Assembly (NCBI GenBank): GCA_036396795.1
Contig: DASWKF010000085.1
Location: forward strand, 18,368-82,367
Direction of reading: 5' to 3'
Length of the DNA stretch: 64,000 bases
From: Gammaproteobacteria bacterium
GTDB taxonomy: Bacteria; Pseudomonadota; Gammaproteobacteria; Steroidobacterales; Rariloculaceae
Part shown: positions 50,232 to 60,030 of the stretch, one piece after another
Position numbering within the stretch: position 1 is the stretch's first letter
How the letters are laid out: the number at the start of each line of letters is the position of its first letter
The notes under the pieces: generated by a model
The model's input: the letters and a program-made list of their open reading frames with translations, nothing else
Database searches by the model: none
What the model was told of the DNA's origin: nothing
Position numbers and translations under genes: made by a program

Positions 50232-52087
50232 TTTGCTTGATCCTGCCTCATTTCATCGATGGCATAAGGGATATTGACCGTTGACTTCTGCATGTCCCAG
50301 GCGCTCGTCGGGCAACGCTCCGCGCACAAGCCGCAATGCACGCAGATGTTTTCATCTTTGACCATGACGCGGCCGGTCTGTTTCAACGGGGCTGAAACGT
50401 AGAACGGCTGCTCCGGATTCAAGATCGGCGCTTTCAGTGATTTCTTGAGATCTTCTTCTTCGGCGTTCGCCGTGATCGTGAGGCAGTCCACCGGGCAGAT
50501 ATCGATGCAAGCGTCGCACTCTATGCAGAGGTCCGGAAAAAACACGGTCTGCAGATCGCAATTCAGGCAACGCTCCACTTCCGACGCGGCCTGCTCCGCC
50601 GAGAACCCCAGCTCGACCTCGATGTCGAGCTTCTTGAACCGTTCCCTGAGGTCGACGTTGGGCACGAGCCGCCGCGCCAGGGGATCGAAATCGTTGCTGT
50701 AGCTCCATTCATGTATGCCCATCTTGGCGCTCTGCAGATTCACGCCTCTGGGCAAGCGCTCGGTCAACGGCGTGCCTTGACAGTACTTGTGGATGGAGAT
50801 TGCCGCTTGGTGGCCGTGCTCGACGGCCCAGATGATGTTCCTCGGGCCGAAAGCAGCGTCGCCGCCGAAGAACACGCCCGGACGCGTCGACTCGAAGGTG
50901 GCGGTATCGACGACCGGCACCTCCCACTTGTCGAACTCTATCCCCAAGTTTCTTTCGATCCAGGGGAAGGCGTTGTCCTGGCCGATCGCCAGAACGACGT
51001 CGTCGCAGGGGATCGTCACCTCGCCGACAGTGCGCGTGGCGGTGATCCTGCCACTCGCATCGATGTCGTACTCCATCCTGTCGAACGTCATTCCGACGAG
51101 CTTGTCTTCCTCGATCACGAACGTCTTGGGAGAATGATTGACGATGATCTCGACCGCCTCCTCTTCGGCGTCCTCGAGCTCCCAGTCCGATGCCTTGAAG
51201 AACTCACGCGGCTTTCTGGCCATGACTTTGACGCTCTTGGCGCCAAGCCGCAGCGACGTCCGGCAACAGTCCATCGCCGTGTTGCCTACGCCTATGATCA
51301 ATACGCTCTCGCCTATCTTGTCGACGTGCCCGAAAGCCACCGACTCCAGCCACTGGATACCGATATGAATGTTGTCGTCGTGGTCTCGCCCCGGAATGTT
51401 GAGGTCCTTTCCCTTCGGCGCTCCGCTGCCGATGAACACGGCATCGTATCCTTCCTCCAGCAGGCGGCTCATGCTTTGCACCGGCGTGCGCAGGCGAAGA
51501 TCCACGCCCATGTCGAGGATGTAGTCCATCTCTTCGTCCAGAACGGACGCGGGCAGACGAAACGCAGGAATGTTGCTCCGCATCAAGCCGCCGGGCTTGT
51601 CCAAGGCTTCATAGACGACGCACTCGTAACCCAACGGCATGAGATCGTTTGCCACCGTCAGGGAAGCGCATCCGGCGCCGACCAGCGCGACGCGCTTGCC
51701 GTTCTTCTGCTGCGCAGCTTTCGGCAGGCGATCTTTGACCTCGCCGCGATTGTCCGCGGCGACGCGTTTCAGCCGGCAAATCGCGACCGGCTTCTCCTCG
51801 ACGCGGCCGCGCCGGCAGGCAGGCTCGCATGGACGGTCGCAAACCCTGCCTAAGATTCCAGGAAAAACATTGGAGCTGCGATTGAGCAAATAGGCCTCGG
51901 TGAACTGGCCCTGCGCGATCAAGCGAATGTACTGGGGGACGTCGGTGTGCGCCGGACAGGCCCACTGGCAATCCACGACTTGATGAAAATACTCGGTTCC
52001 GGTAGTTGGCGTGGGTTTCATGCGAACGGTGCTCGAACGGGCGTCAACTGGTTCGGATGGCGGTGGAGCTGGGACGAAGCCATTCAA
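50207..52087 (-). CDS. GltD/SudA-like NAD(P)H-dependent FAD oxidoreductase fused to a 2x[4Fe-4S] ferredoxin domain
   Basis: N-terminal Fe-S region (CQWACPAHTDVPQYI; CDRPCEPAC), dinucleotide fold VALVGAGCASL and IIGVGNTAMD, C-terminal CIECDACIDICP and CVHCGLCAERCP. It overlaps the korA start by 25 nt. Start is ATG 52087 or 52021. Confidence 0.8.
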   Translation of the reverse strand: MNGFVPAPPPSEPVDARSSTVRMKPTPTTGTEYFHQVVDCQWACPAHTDVPQYIRLIAQGQFTEAYLLNRSSNVFPGILGRVCDRPCEPACRRGRVEEKPVAICRLKRVAADNRGEVKDRLPKAAQQKNGKRVALVGAGCASLTVANDLMPLGYECVVYEALDKPGGLMRSNIPAFRLPASVLDEEMDYILDMGVDLRLRTPVQSMSRLLEEGYDAVFIGSGAPKGKDLNIPGRDHDDNIHIGIQWLESVAFGHVDKIGESVLIIGVGNTAMDCCRTSLRLGAKSVKVMARKPREFFKASDWELEDAEEEAVEIIVNHSPKTFVIEEDKLVGMTFDRMEYDIDASGRITATRTVGEVTIPCDDVVLAIGQDNAFPWIERNLGIEFDKWEVPVVDTATFESTRPGVFFGGDAAFGPRNIIWAVEHGHQAAISIHKYCQGTPLTERLPRGVNLQSAKMGIHEWSYSNDFDPLARRLVPNVDLRERFKKLDIEVELGFSAEQAASEVERCLNCDLQTVFFPDLCIECDACIDICPVDCLTITANAEEEDLKKSLKAPILNPEQPFYVSAPLKQTGRVMVKDENICVHCGLCAERCPTSAWDMQKSTVNIPYAIDEMRQDQAKCRQRKAG

Positions 52088-52191
52088 GCGGCGAACGGGG
52101 CCAGTAAGAATACTCCTCCGATGAGCCCTTTAGAATATCAGCGCAGCGCTGCGCCCGGCTCGACACTCTAGCCATCCCTGTCGTGCTTATA

Positions 52192-52668
52192 TCAGGAACC
52201 GACTCGGCGGGAAAAGGCGAAGTATTCGGCCCCGTCCAGCAGTTTCTCGAAGCTTTGCTCCGTCACTTGGACCAGCGAGCAGGGCTCCCCGGCTTCGAAG
52301 TAGATCTTCGCTTGTTTCCTGAGACTGGAGTCGACCACTGTCGGAATGCGATACCACGGGCCGAGCGGCGGCACGCAGCCGACCGTGCAATCGCAGAACA
52401 GGTCGTCGAGGTCGACATCCTCGGCGCGAACCAGGCTCCGGTGCAGCTCTTGCCGCAGTATGTCGATGTCCGGCACGCGGTTTGCGGCCGTCACCGTCAA
52501 GACATAGCCATGCGCATCCTTGAGCAACACGGCCTTGGCGCAGCCATCCGGCTCCACGCCGAGCCGGCGTAGCTCTTCCGCCGTGGAATCCGTGGGCAGC
52601 GGGCGCAGGACTCGAAACTCGATGCCCTCGAATTCGAGCGCATCTCCTACCGTCGTTGCGATGCTCAT
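52192..52668 (-). CDS. YbaK/ProX-type aminoacyl-tRNA deacylase domain protein
   Basis: 158 aa. KAVLLKD, VGCVPPLG and IYFEAGE resemble the YbaK/EbsC fold motifs. Confidence 0.65.
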   Translation of the reverse strand: MSIATTVGDALEFEGIEFRVLRPLPTDSTAEELRRLGVEPDGCAKAVLLKDAHGYVLTVTAANRVPDIDILRQELHRSLVRAEDVDLDDLFCDCTVGCVPPLGPWYRIPTVVDSSLRKQAKIYFEAGEPCSLVQVTEQSFEKLLDGAEYFAFSRRVGS

Positions 52669-52838
52669 CTCTGGTGAAAATCCCTTTATCCGCGCGCCAT
52701 TATAGACATGCTCGTACGCTCCACAAGATTTTTTGCGGGCCCGCGACCAGGAACCCGGGCGCCCGAAACTGAGTCTATAAACGTCTCGAGTCGGCGAGCT
52801 GGCGCGGAGTTCCGTTAATTTCGATAGAATGCATCGAG

Positions 52839-54230
52839 ATGGCTAAAAATCAGCCAAGCCGACTACCGGCGGGGCGGCTCCGGTGTGGCCGTGCCGGCTG
52901 GCTGCTCGCCTTGATCGCAGTCGGCGTTGCTGCGTATGGCCAAGAGGCCGACGAGGCGCCGGAAACGGAGCCTGCGGCGGCGGAGCCAGTGACGACAGAG
53001 GATGCGGCGGCCCTCGGCGAAGGCATCGAGGTGCCGCGTGAAGAATATCTCAGCCGCCTCGAAGCGCAGATCGTGCTCGTCGATCTCGTCAGGGAGGGCC
53101 GATTCGAGGAAGCTCTACCGGTCGCACAGAACATGGTCGACCTGACCGCAGCAGAGTTCGGCAGGCCCAGCGTCGAGGTAGCCACGGCACTGAGCAACCT
53201 CGCCGTCATCCAGCGCAATCTCGAGCACTACGAGGACTCCAACGTGAGCTTTCAGGATGCCATCGAGATGTTCCGAGAGGTTGAAGGGCCGTTCACGGAG
53301 TCGATCATCAGTCCCCTGATCTCATTGGGCGCCAACTACCACGCGACGGGCGACTACCCTCAGGCGCTCGGTATCTTTCAGGAAGCCCGAACGGTCAATC
53401 GGCGTGCTTACGGCCTGCTCAACGAGGACCAGATCGATATCGTCTACCACGTCGCGGCCACGCTCACGAGCATGCGGCGCTATGAGGAAGCACACGAGCA
53501 GCAGCAGGATGCGCTGAATATCATGGAGCGCGTGCACGCCACCGACACGCTGGAGATCGTGCCGTATATCTACGGTTACGCCGAGTGGCTCATCAGCGCC
53601 TTTCAGTTCGAGGCCGGCCGAGTCCAATACGTCAGAGCCATGGATATCGTCCGCGCCCGGGAGGGCGTCGACAGCCCCTCGTTGATCGTCCCGCTGAGCG
53701 AGATCGGCAACAGCTACCGAGCGCAGAAGCTTGCCGAGGGGCGGGGCATCAGCTCTTTGAAGCGGGCGCTGGAGATCGCCGAGATGGGCACGGATAAGCT
53801 GGTGCTGGCGAGAGTTTTGCGCGACATCGGAGACTGGTACACCGCTTTCAGCCGCGTCGGCGCAACCGGACAGGAATACGTACGCGCCTGGCAGCTCCTC
53901 GGGGACGTCGAGGACGGCGAGACGATTAGGCAGGAGTGGTTTGCCGAACCGGGTTACGTGTTGCGTGAGTATCCGAGCAGCCGCGGCTTGGCCGATCCCG
54001 GTGATCCCGGCGTCGTTCCGGGTCACGTGCTGGTGGCCTTCGACGTCGACGAAGAAGGCGATCCTCTCAATGCCGTCGTGATCGAAGCCGAGCCGGCGGG
54101 CTTCAAGGATGACACGATGCTTCGCGCCATCAGAAGATCGAGGTTCAGGCCCCGGGTCGTTGATGGGGAACTGGTGTATGCGACCGGGATCGTGCGGAAT
54201 TTCTCGTTCCACTACGATCCCGATCAATGA
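52839..54230 (+). CDS. TPR-repeat protein with TonB C-terminal-like domain
   Basis: N-terminal anchor (WLLALIAVGVAAYG), an acidic linker, several TPR-like repeats, and a C-terminus (GHVLVAFDVDEEGDPLNAVVIEAEPAGFKDDTMLRAIRRSRFRP) resembling the TonB_C fold. Confidence 0.65.
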   Translation: MAKNQPSRLPAGRLRCGRAGWLLALIAVGVAAYGQEADEAPETEPAAAEPVTTEDAAALGEGIEVPREEYLSRLEAQIVLVDLVREGRFEEALPVAQNMVDLTAAEFGRPSVEVATALSNLAVIQRNLEHYEDSNVSFQDAIEMFREVEGPFTESIISPLISLGANYHATGDYPQALGIFQEARTVNRRAYGLLNEDQIDIVYHVAATLTSMRRYEEAHEQQQDALNIMERVHATDTLEIVPYIYGYAEWLISAFQFEAGRVQYVRAMDIVRAREGVDSPSLIVPLSEIGNSYRAQKLAEGRGISSLKRALEIAEMGTDKLVLARVLRDIGDWYTAFSRVGATGQEYVRAWQLLGDVEDGETIRQEWFAEPGYVLREYPSSRGLADPGDPGVVPGHVLVAFDVDEEGDPLNAVVIEAEPAGFKDDTMLRAIRRSRFRPRVVDGELVYATGIVRNFSFHYDPDQ

Positions 54231-55420
54231 GCCCGGCGCGCTGTCTCAGGCAGGCGTGCAGCGCCGCGGCGGTGAGCCTGCTGCTGCTCGCCGGGGCGGC
54301 GGCGCAAGGCGCCGGCGTGGACTCCGTGGCGCAGCGCACGGACCCCGCCGAGCAACGCCAAGCCGCACAGGCGCTCTCGGCGCAGGCGGCGACCCAGGCG
54401 GCACTGGACGATCTCGACGCCGCCGAGGACTCGTATCTCGAGGCCATCGAGCTCGTGAGCGGTGCCGAAGGTGAGTTCTCGCCGTTGCTGATCGATGTCT
54501 ACCGGGGCCTCGCGGATGTGTTCTCGCGGCGTGGTGAATACGCGGAGGCGCTTACGCTGCTCGAGCAAGCCCGGCACATCAGTCATCGCAACTTCGGCCT
54601 GTTCAATCTCGACCAGGCCGAGCTTCTCGACGAGATATCCGGTGTTTATGAGGCTGCCGGCGACACGCGCGAGGCTCAGGAAACACAACGTGAGCTGCTC
54701 AAGGTCGCCGTCAGGCACTTCGGCGCCGAGACCGCGGGCGTCATCCCGTTTCACGTCCGCCTCGCCGAATATTACGAGCTTGCGCGGATGCGGGCGCTGG
54801 CGCGGGAGCAATACGAAGCCGTTCTCGCAATTCTCGCCGAGGATCCTGCAACGCCGCCATCCGCGTGGCTCGAGCCTCTCGGCGAGCTCGTCAGGATCGA
54901 CATCGCCAGCGGTGCGACGAGCCCGGCGCGGCAGCGCCTGCTCGAAGCGCTGGACGCAAGCGGTGATTCCGACCCGGCGGCGCGCGGCCGGGCGCTGGCG
55001 ATCCTCGGCGACTGGGAGCTCACCGCGGGGAATACCGAGGCTGCCTTCGGCTACTATCGCGACGCGTACGCGAGCTTGGCCTCCGAATCGCCGGATACGG
55101 CCGAGGACTTCTTCGATAGTCCGCGTATGCTCAATTTCGTCCCCCCGGCAAGCCCGGTCGATCTGAGCCGCGTCGAACGCCGTCCTTATGCCTGGGGCTT
55201 CGTCACCGCGCGCTTCGGGCTGTCCGCCAGCGGCCGCGCCGCGCGCATCGAGATCACCGCGAGCCAGCCGCCGGGACTGCTTGACCAAAGCTATATTCAG
55301 CGCCTCAACGAAGCCGTGTTCCGGCCGCGCATGGCGGCCGGGGAGCCGGCGCCGACAGAGGCCCTGCGCTATAGCCACGAGTTCCGATACTTCGTCGAGG
55401 TCGAGCAGGAGCCTCGCTGA
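54227..55420 (+). CDS. TPR-repeat protein with TonB C-terminal-like domain (paralogue of the upstream gene)
   Basis: Signal peptide (AAVSLLLLAGAAAQG), TPR-like repeats, and C-terminus WGFVTARFGLSASGRAARIEITASQPPGLLDQSYIQRLNEAVFRPR. ATGA overlap with the upstream gene. Confidence 0.65.
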   Translation: MSPARCLRQACSAAAVSLLLLAGAAAQGAGVDSVAQRTDPAEQRQAAQALSAQAATQAALDDLDAAEDSYLEAIELVSGAEGEFSPLLIDVYRGLADVFSRRGEYAEALTLLEQARHISHRNFGLFNLDQAELLDEISGVYEAAGDTREAQETQRELLKVAVRHFGAETAGVIPFHVRLAEYYELARMRALAREQYEAVLAILAEDPATPPSAWLEPLGELVRIDIASGATSPARQRLLEALDASGDSDPAARGRALAILGDWELTAGNTEAAFGYYRDAYASLASESPDTAEDFFDSPRMLNFVPPASPVDLSRVERRPYAWGFVTARFGLSASGRAARIEITASQPPGLLDQSYIQRLNEAVFRPRMAAGEPAPTEALRYSHEFRYFVEVEQEPR

Positions 55421-55448
55421 GCCGGGCGCAGGCGGGCACAGGCATTCC

Positions 55449-56456
55449 ATGCAGGCCATGTTGCTGAAGGCGCCCGGCCGGCGCCTCGAGCTCACCCAGC
55501 TTGCGACACCGGTCCCCGGCCCGGGGCAGGTCTTGTTGCGCGTGGAGGCCTGTGCGGTCTGCCGGACCGACCTGCACCTGCTCGACGGCGAGTTGCCGAA
55601 CATCGGCTACCCCCTGGTTCCGGGCCACCAGGTCGTGGCCACGGTCGTCGCACCGGGCTCGGCGGAGCTTACCGCAGGCAGCCGGGTCGGGGTCGCGTGG
55701 CTCGGGCGGACCTGCGGCGTTTGCGCCCATTGCGTCGGCGGCCGCGAGAACCTCTGCGATTCGGCCGAATTCACGGGCTACACGCTGCCCGGCGGCTATG
55801 CGGAGTATTTGTGCGCCGACGCGCGCTTCTGCTTCCCCTTGGACTCTAAGCCGCCGGCGGCGGCGCTGGCACCGCTGCTTTGCGCCGGGCTCATCGGCTA
55901 TCGGGCGCTGTCGATGTGCGGCGACGCGCAACACGTGGGTATTTACGGCTTCGGGGCGGCGGCACGCGTGCTCGCTCAGGTCCTGCGATACCAGGGGCGG
56001 GCCTTCTATGCGTTCTCGCGTCCCGGAGACACGCGCGCGCAAGCCGCCGCGCTGGAGCTAGGCGCAAGCTGGGCGGGCGCTTCCGACGCCAAGCCGCCGC
56101 GACCGCTCGACGCGGCGCTGATCTTCGCGCCGGTGGGTGAGCTCGTTCCGACTGCCCTGGCCGCCGTGCGCAAGGGCGGCACCGTCGTCTGCGGCGGCAT
56201 ACACATGTCGCCGATCCCTAAGTTCCCCTATGCGCTGCTCTGGGGAGAGCGCCGACTGCTGTCGGTCGCCAACCTCACGCGCCAGGACGGCCTCGAGTTC
56301 TTGAAGCTTACCGCGAAAATCCCGGTGCGAACGCAGACCGAAATCCACCCGCTGGCGGACGCCAACCTAGCCCTCGAGCGCCTACGCGGAGGCGAAATCT
56401 CCGGCAGCGCCGTGTTGCAGGTCGCCATCAACGGAGCTCAGCAGGCACGAGCATGA
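55449..56456 (+). CDS. zinc-dependent alcohol dehydrogenase family oxidoreductase
   Basis: From ATG 55449: catalytic zinc ligands CAVCRTDLH and GHQVVA, structural zinc CGVCAHCVGGRENLC, Rossmann GIYGFGAAA. Confidence 0.85.
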   Translation: MQAMLLKAPGRRLELTQLATPVPGPGQVLLRVEACAVCRTDLHLLDGELPNIGYPLVPGHQVVATVVAPGSAELTAGSRVGVAWLGRTCGVCAHCVGGRENLCDSAEFTGYTLPGGYAEYLCADARFCFPLDSKPPAAALAPLLCAGLIGYRALSMCGDAQHVGIYGFGAAARVLAQVLRYQGRAFYAFSRPGDTRAQAAALELGASWAGASDAKPPRPLDAALIFAPVGELVPTALAAVRKGGTVVCGGIHMSPIPKFPYALLWGERRLLSVANLTRQDGLEFLKLTAKIPVRTQTEIHPLADANLALERLRGGEISGSAVLQVAINGAQQARA

Positions 56457-56460
56457 CGCA

Positions 56461-56488
56461 CCGGGCCCGGCAACGACACCGGGCCCGG
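56461..56488. repeat. two copies of the 10-nt palindrome CCGGGCCCGG forming a symmetric GC hairpin between convergent genes
   Basis: CCGGGCCCGG at 56461-70 and 56479-88. The larger direct repeat CACCGGGCCCGGC lies at 56459-71 and 56477-89. The loop is 8 nt and there is no U-tract. Confidence 0.6.
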
Positions 56489-56511
56489 CGTATCGCGCCT
56501 CGCACCCGCGA

Positions 56512-57807
56512 CTAGGGCTGCAGGTTGTAGCCGCGCTCCTCGTGAAGCACCAGATCGAGACCCTCGTTCTCCTCCTCCGGCGAGACGCGCAGCGGCGTGA
56601 ACGAGCCGATCAGCTTGAGCAGCACCACGCTCGCCACCGCGCACCAGGCAAGCGTGGCGAGGATGCCGACCACCTGGGTGCCGAGCTGACCGGCGATCGT
56701 CACACCGTCGGCCAAGCCCAGACCCCCGAGGCTCGCGGCCGAGAACGGTGCCGTCAGCAACAGCCCGATCATGCCGCCGACCCCGTGGACGGGGAACACG
56801 TCGAGGGAGTCGTCAACGTTCAAAGTCCTCTTCATGAACTGGGTTGCGAGAAAACAGCCCAGGCCCCCGGCGAAGCCGATCACGAGCGCACCCAGCGGAC
56901 CCACGAAGCCGGAAGCCGGCGTGATGGTCGCCAGCCCCGCGACCATGCCGGTAACGATGCCCAAGACGCTGGGCTTGCGGAACTTGATCCATTCCGCCGC
57001 CATCCAGGTTAGCGAGCCGACCGCGGCGCTGATATGCGTGACCAACATCGCCATTCCGGCGGCACCGTCCGCCGCGAGCGCGCTGCCTGCGTTGAATCCG
57101 AACCACCCGACCCAGAGCATGCAGGCACCGGTGACCGTCATCGGAAGGTTGTGCGGCGGCATCGGCGTGGACGGAAAGCCTTGGCGTTTGCCCATGACCA
57201 GCGCGGCGACAAGGGCGGCCGTGCCCGCCGTCAGGTGAACCACGGCGCCCCCGGCGAAATCGCGAAATCCAAGCGCCCCGAGCCAACCGCCGCCCCAGAC
57301 CCAGTGGGCTACGGGAAAGTACACCACCAGCACCCACAGGCCCGTAAACAGCAACATCGCGGTAAAGCGCATGCGCTCGGCGAACGCGCCGACGATCAGC
57401 GCCGGGGTGATGATCGCGAACGTCAGCTGGAACATCACGAACACGGTCTCGGGGTAGCTGCCCGCCATCGCGTCGATGCCGACACCATTCAACCAGACCT
57501 TGGATAGATCGCCGACCAGTCCACTCAGCGCGCTGCTTCCGAAGGTCAGGCTGTAGCCGCAGATCACCCAGATGACCGTCACCATGCATGCAATTGCGAA
57601 ACACTGCATCACCACCGACAAGACGTTTCTGTGCCTGACGAGCCCCGCATAGAACAACGCCAGGCCGGGGAGCGTCATGAACAACACCAGCGCCGTCGAC
57701 GTCAGCATCCAAGCGGTGTCCCCGCTGTCGATCGCTTGCGCCCCGGCAACCGCCGGCATCGCGCAGCCGGCGATCGAGACCATCGAGTACTTTGTTCTTA
57801 TTGTCAT
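56512..57807 (-). CDS. amtB: ammonium transporter
   Basis: 431 aa, 11-12 TM. DFAGGAVVHLTAG, FGFNAGSA and HGVGGMIG are Amt signatures. Confidence 0.93.
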   Translation of the reverse strand: MTIRTKYSMVSIAGCAMPAVAGAQAIDSGDTAWMLTSTALVLFMTLPGLALFYAGLVRHRNVLSVVMQCFAIACMVTVIWVICGYSLTFGSSALSGLVGDLSKVWLNGVGIDAMAGSYPETVFVMFQLTFAIITPALIVGAFAERMRFTAMLLFTGLWVLVVYFPVAHWVWGGGWLGALGFRDFAGGAVVHLTAGTAALVAALVMGKRQGFPSTPMPPHNLPMTVTGACMLWVGWFGFNAGSALAADGAAGMAMLVTHISAAVGSLTWMAAEWIKFRKPSVLGIVTGMVAGLATITPASGFVGPLGALVIGFAGGLGCFLATQFMKRTLNVDDSLDVFPVHGVGGMIGLLLTAPFSAASLGGLGLADGVTIAGQLGTQVVGILATLAWCAVASVVLLKLIGSFTPLRVSPEEENEGLDLVLHEERGYNLQP

Positions 57808-57819
57808 TGCAGTCCCCTC

Positions 57820-58218
<399 letters not shown>

Positions 58219-58409
58219 TTACTCCCAAATTGTATCCAACTGCGGGCGCTGAGCGAGCCCTGATGGTGCAAACGACTGTTTTTGGGTCGCCCAAGCCCCA
58301 TGATAGTGCATGCGCCGCTACAGACCGCTGGCCATTTGCTTACCGCGGTTGCAATAATTAAGGTGGTGAAGCGGTCTCTATCCGTTACATACGACTAGCG
58401 AGCATAGCC

Positions 58410-59372
58410 ATGCTGATCAAACGCCCCGCCCCCGTCAGATCGTCCGAGATCACTCCGGAGAGCCTCTTTCGCCAGCGTCGAGAGCTCATCAAGGCAGGGC
58501 TGGCGCTGGGCCTGCTGCCAGGCAGCATGCTTCCGCCGCAGGCGCTTGCGGCCGCGCTTCCCGACGATGGACGCTTCGGCGTGCTCGGGCAGTGGCCGAA
58601 CAGCGTTACCACGGAACCGACGGCTTATGAGCATGTGACCAGCTACAACAACTACTACGAATTCGGCACCGACAAGTCGGACCCGTCGCGCTATGCCGAT
58701 ATGCTCGTCACCGAGCCCTGGAGCGTCGCCGTGGACGGCGAGGCCGAGAACACCGGCAGCTTCACGCTCGAGGACATCTTGCGCCCACACCCCCTGGAGG
58801 AGCGTATTTACCGCTTCCGTTGCGTCGAGGCCTGGTCGATGGTCGTGCCCTGGGTAGGTTTCCCTCTCGGGGATCTGCTCGAGCGCTTTGCGCCGACGTC
58901 CCGCGCCAAGTACGTGCAGTTCTTTACCTTGAACGACAGAGACATGATGCCGGGTGTGCGCTATCCGGTTCTCGACTGGCCTTATCGCGAAGGCCTCACC
59001 ATCGCCGAAGCGATGCATCCGTTGGCGCTGTTGACCGTGGGCCTATACGGCCGCGTGTTGCCGAATCAGAACGGCGCCCCGCTGAGGCTGGTGGTGCCGT
59101 GGAAATACGGCTTCAAAAGCATCAAGTCGATCGTACGCATTCGGTTTACGGAGACGCTGCCACAGACCAGCTGGAACATGGCGAATGCGCGTGAATACGG
59201 CTTCTACTCGAACGTCAACCCGGACGTGCCACATCCGCGCTGGAGCCAGGCTAGTGAGCGGCCTATCGGCGGTGGCTTCTTCACCGCCCGGGTTCCGACT
59301 CAGTTGTTCAACGGCTATGCCGAAGACGTCGCACCCCTCTACACCGGCTTGGACCTCGTCAAGAACTACTGA
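58410..59372 (+). CDS. msrP: protein-methionine-sulfoxide reductase, molybdopterin catalytic subunit
   Basis: Tat signal FRQRRELIKAG, YNNYYEFGTDK, RCVEAWSMVVPWVGFPL. Confidence 0.9.
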   Translation: MLIKRPAPVRSSEITPESLFRQRRELIKAGLALGLLPGSMLPPQALAAALPDDGRFGVLGQWPNSVTTEPTAYEHVTSYNNYYEFGTDKSDPSRYADMLVTEPWSVAVDGEAENTGSFTLEDILRPHPLEERIYRFRCVEAWSMVVPWVGFPLGDLLERFAPTSRAKYVQFFTLNDRDMMPGVRYPVLDWPYREGLTIAEAMHPLALLTVGLYGRVLPNQNGAPLRLVVPWKYGFKSIKSIVRIRFTETLPQTSWNMANAREYGFYSNVNPDVPHPRWSQASERPIGGGFFTARVPTQLFNGYAEDVAPLYTGLDLVKNY

Positions 59373-59412
59373 GCCACCGGCGCCGACCAAGCGGAGATTC
59401 ACCGTGTTCGCG

Positions 59413-60030
59413 ATGACCCGCCGCTCGCTGGCGTGGTTCAAGGCCGGCACCGTGATTTGTTGCCTGCTGCCGCTCTCGATCCTGCTGCTGCGAGGCGCGG
59501 GCTTCGGCAACCTGGGCGCGAATCCCGTTCAAGAGGTATTGCACGCGCTCGGGACAACGACCCTGAACCTGTTGCTCATCACGCTCGCGGTCACGCCCGC
59601 GCGCAAGCTCACGGGCTTGAATTGGCTCCTGCGCGTGCGGCGCACGCTGGGCCTGTTCGCCTTCGCCTACGCGACGCTTCACGCGCTGACCTACGTCGCC
59701 GTCGACCAGCGCCTGGACTGGGGCGGCCTGATCGTCGACGTGACCGAGAGGCCGTATGTCACCGCGGGCTTTCTGGCGCTGGTCTTGATGGTGCCGCTCG
59801 CGATCACGTCGACGAACGCGATGCAGCGGCGATTGGGCAGGCGCTGGGTGGGCCTGCATCGCAGCGTCTATTTGGTCGCCGCATTGGGCGTGCTGCATTA
59901 CTTCTGGCAGGTGAAGCTCGACACTTCCGGACCATCGGTGTATGCGCTGATCCTCGCAGTGCTGCTGGGCTACCGGCTGGTCGCTTGGGCCGGCCGCCGG
60001 CGGCGTCGCGCCGTGCTCAATAGACCCTGA
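59413..60030 (+). CDS. msrQ: protein-methionine-sulfoxide reductase, haem-binding membrane subunit
   Basis: From ATG 59413: six-TM ferric-reductase-like protein with conserved His (FAYATLHALTY, GVLHYFW), directly after msrP. Confidence 0.85.
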   Translation: MTRRSLAWFKAGTVICCLLPLSILLLRGAGFGNLGANPVQEVLHALGTTTLNLLLITLAVTPARKLTGLNWLLRVRRTLGLFAFAYATLHALTYVAVDQRLDWGGLIVDVTERPYVTAGFLALVLMVPLAITSTNAMQRRLGRRWVGLHRSVYLVAALGVLHYFWQVKLDTSGPSVYALILAVLLGYRLVAWAGRRRRRAVLNRP

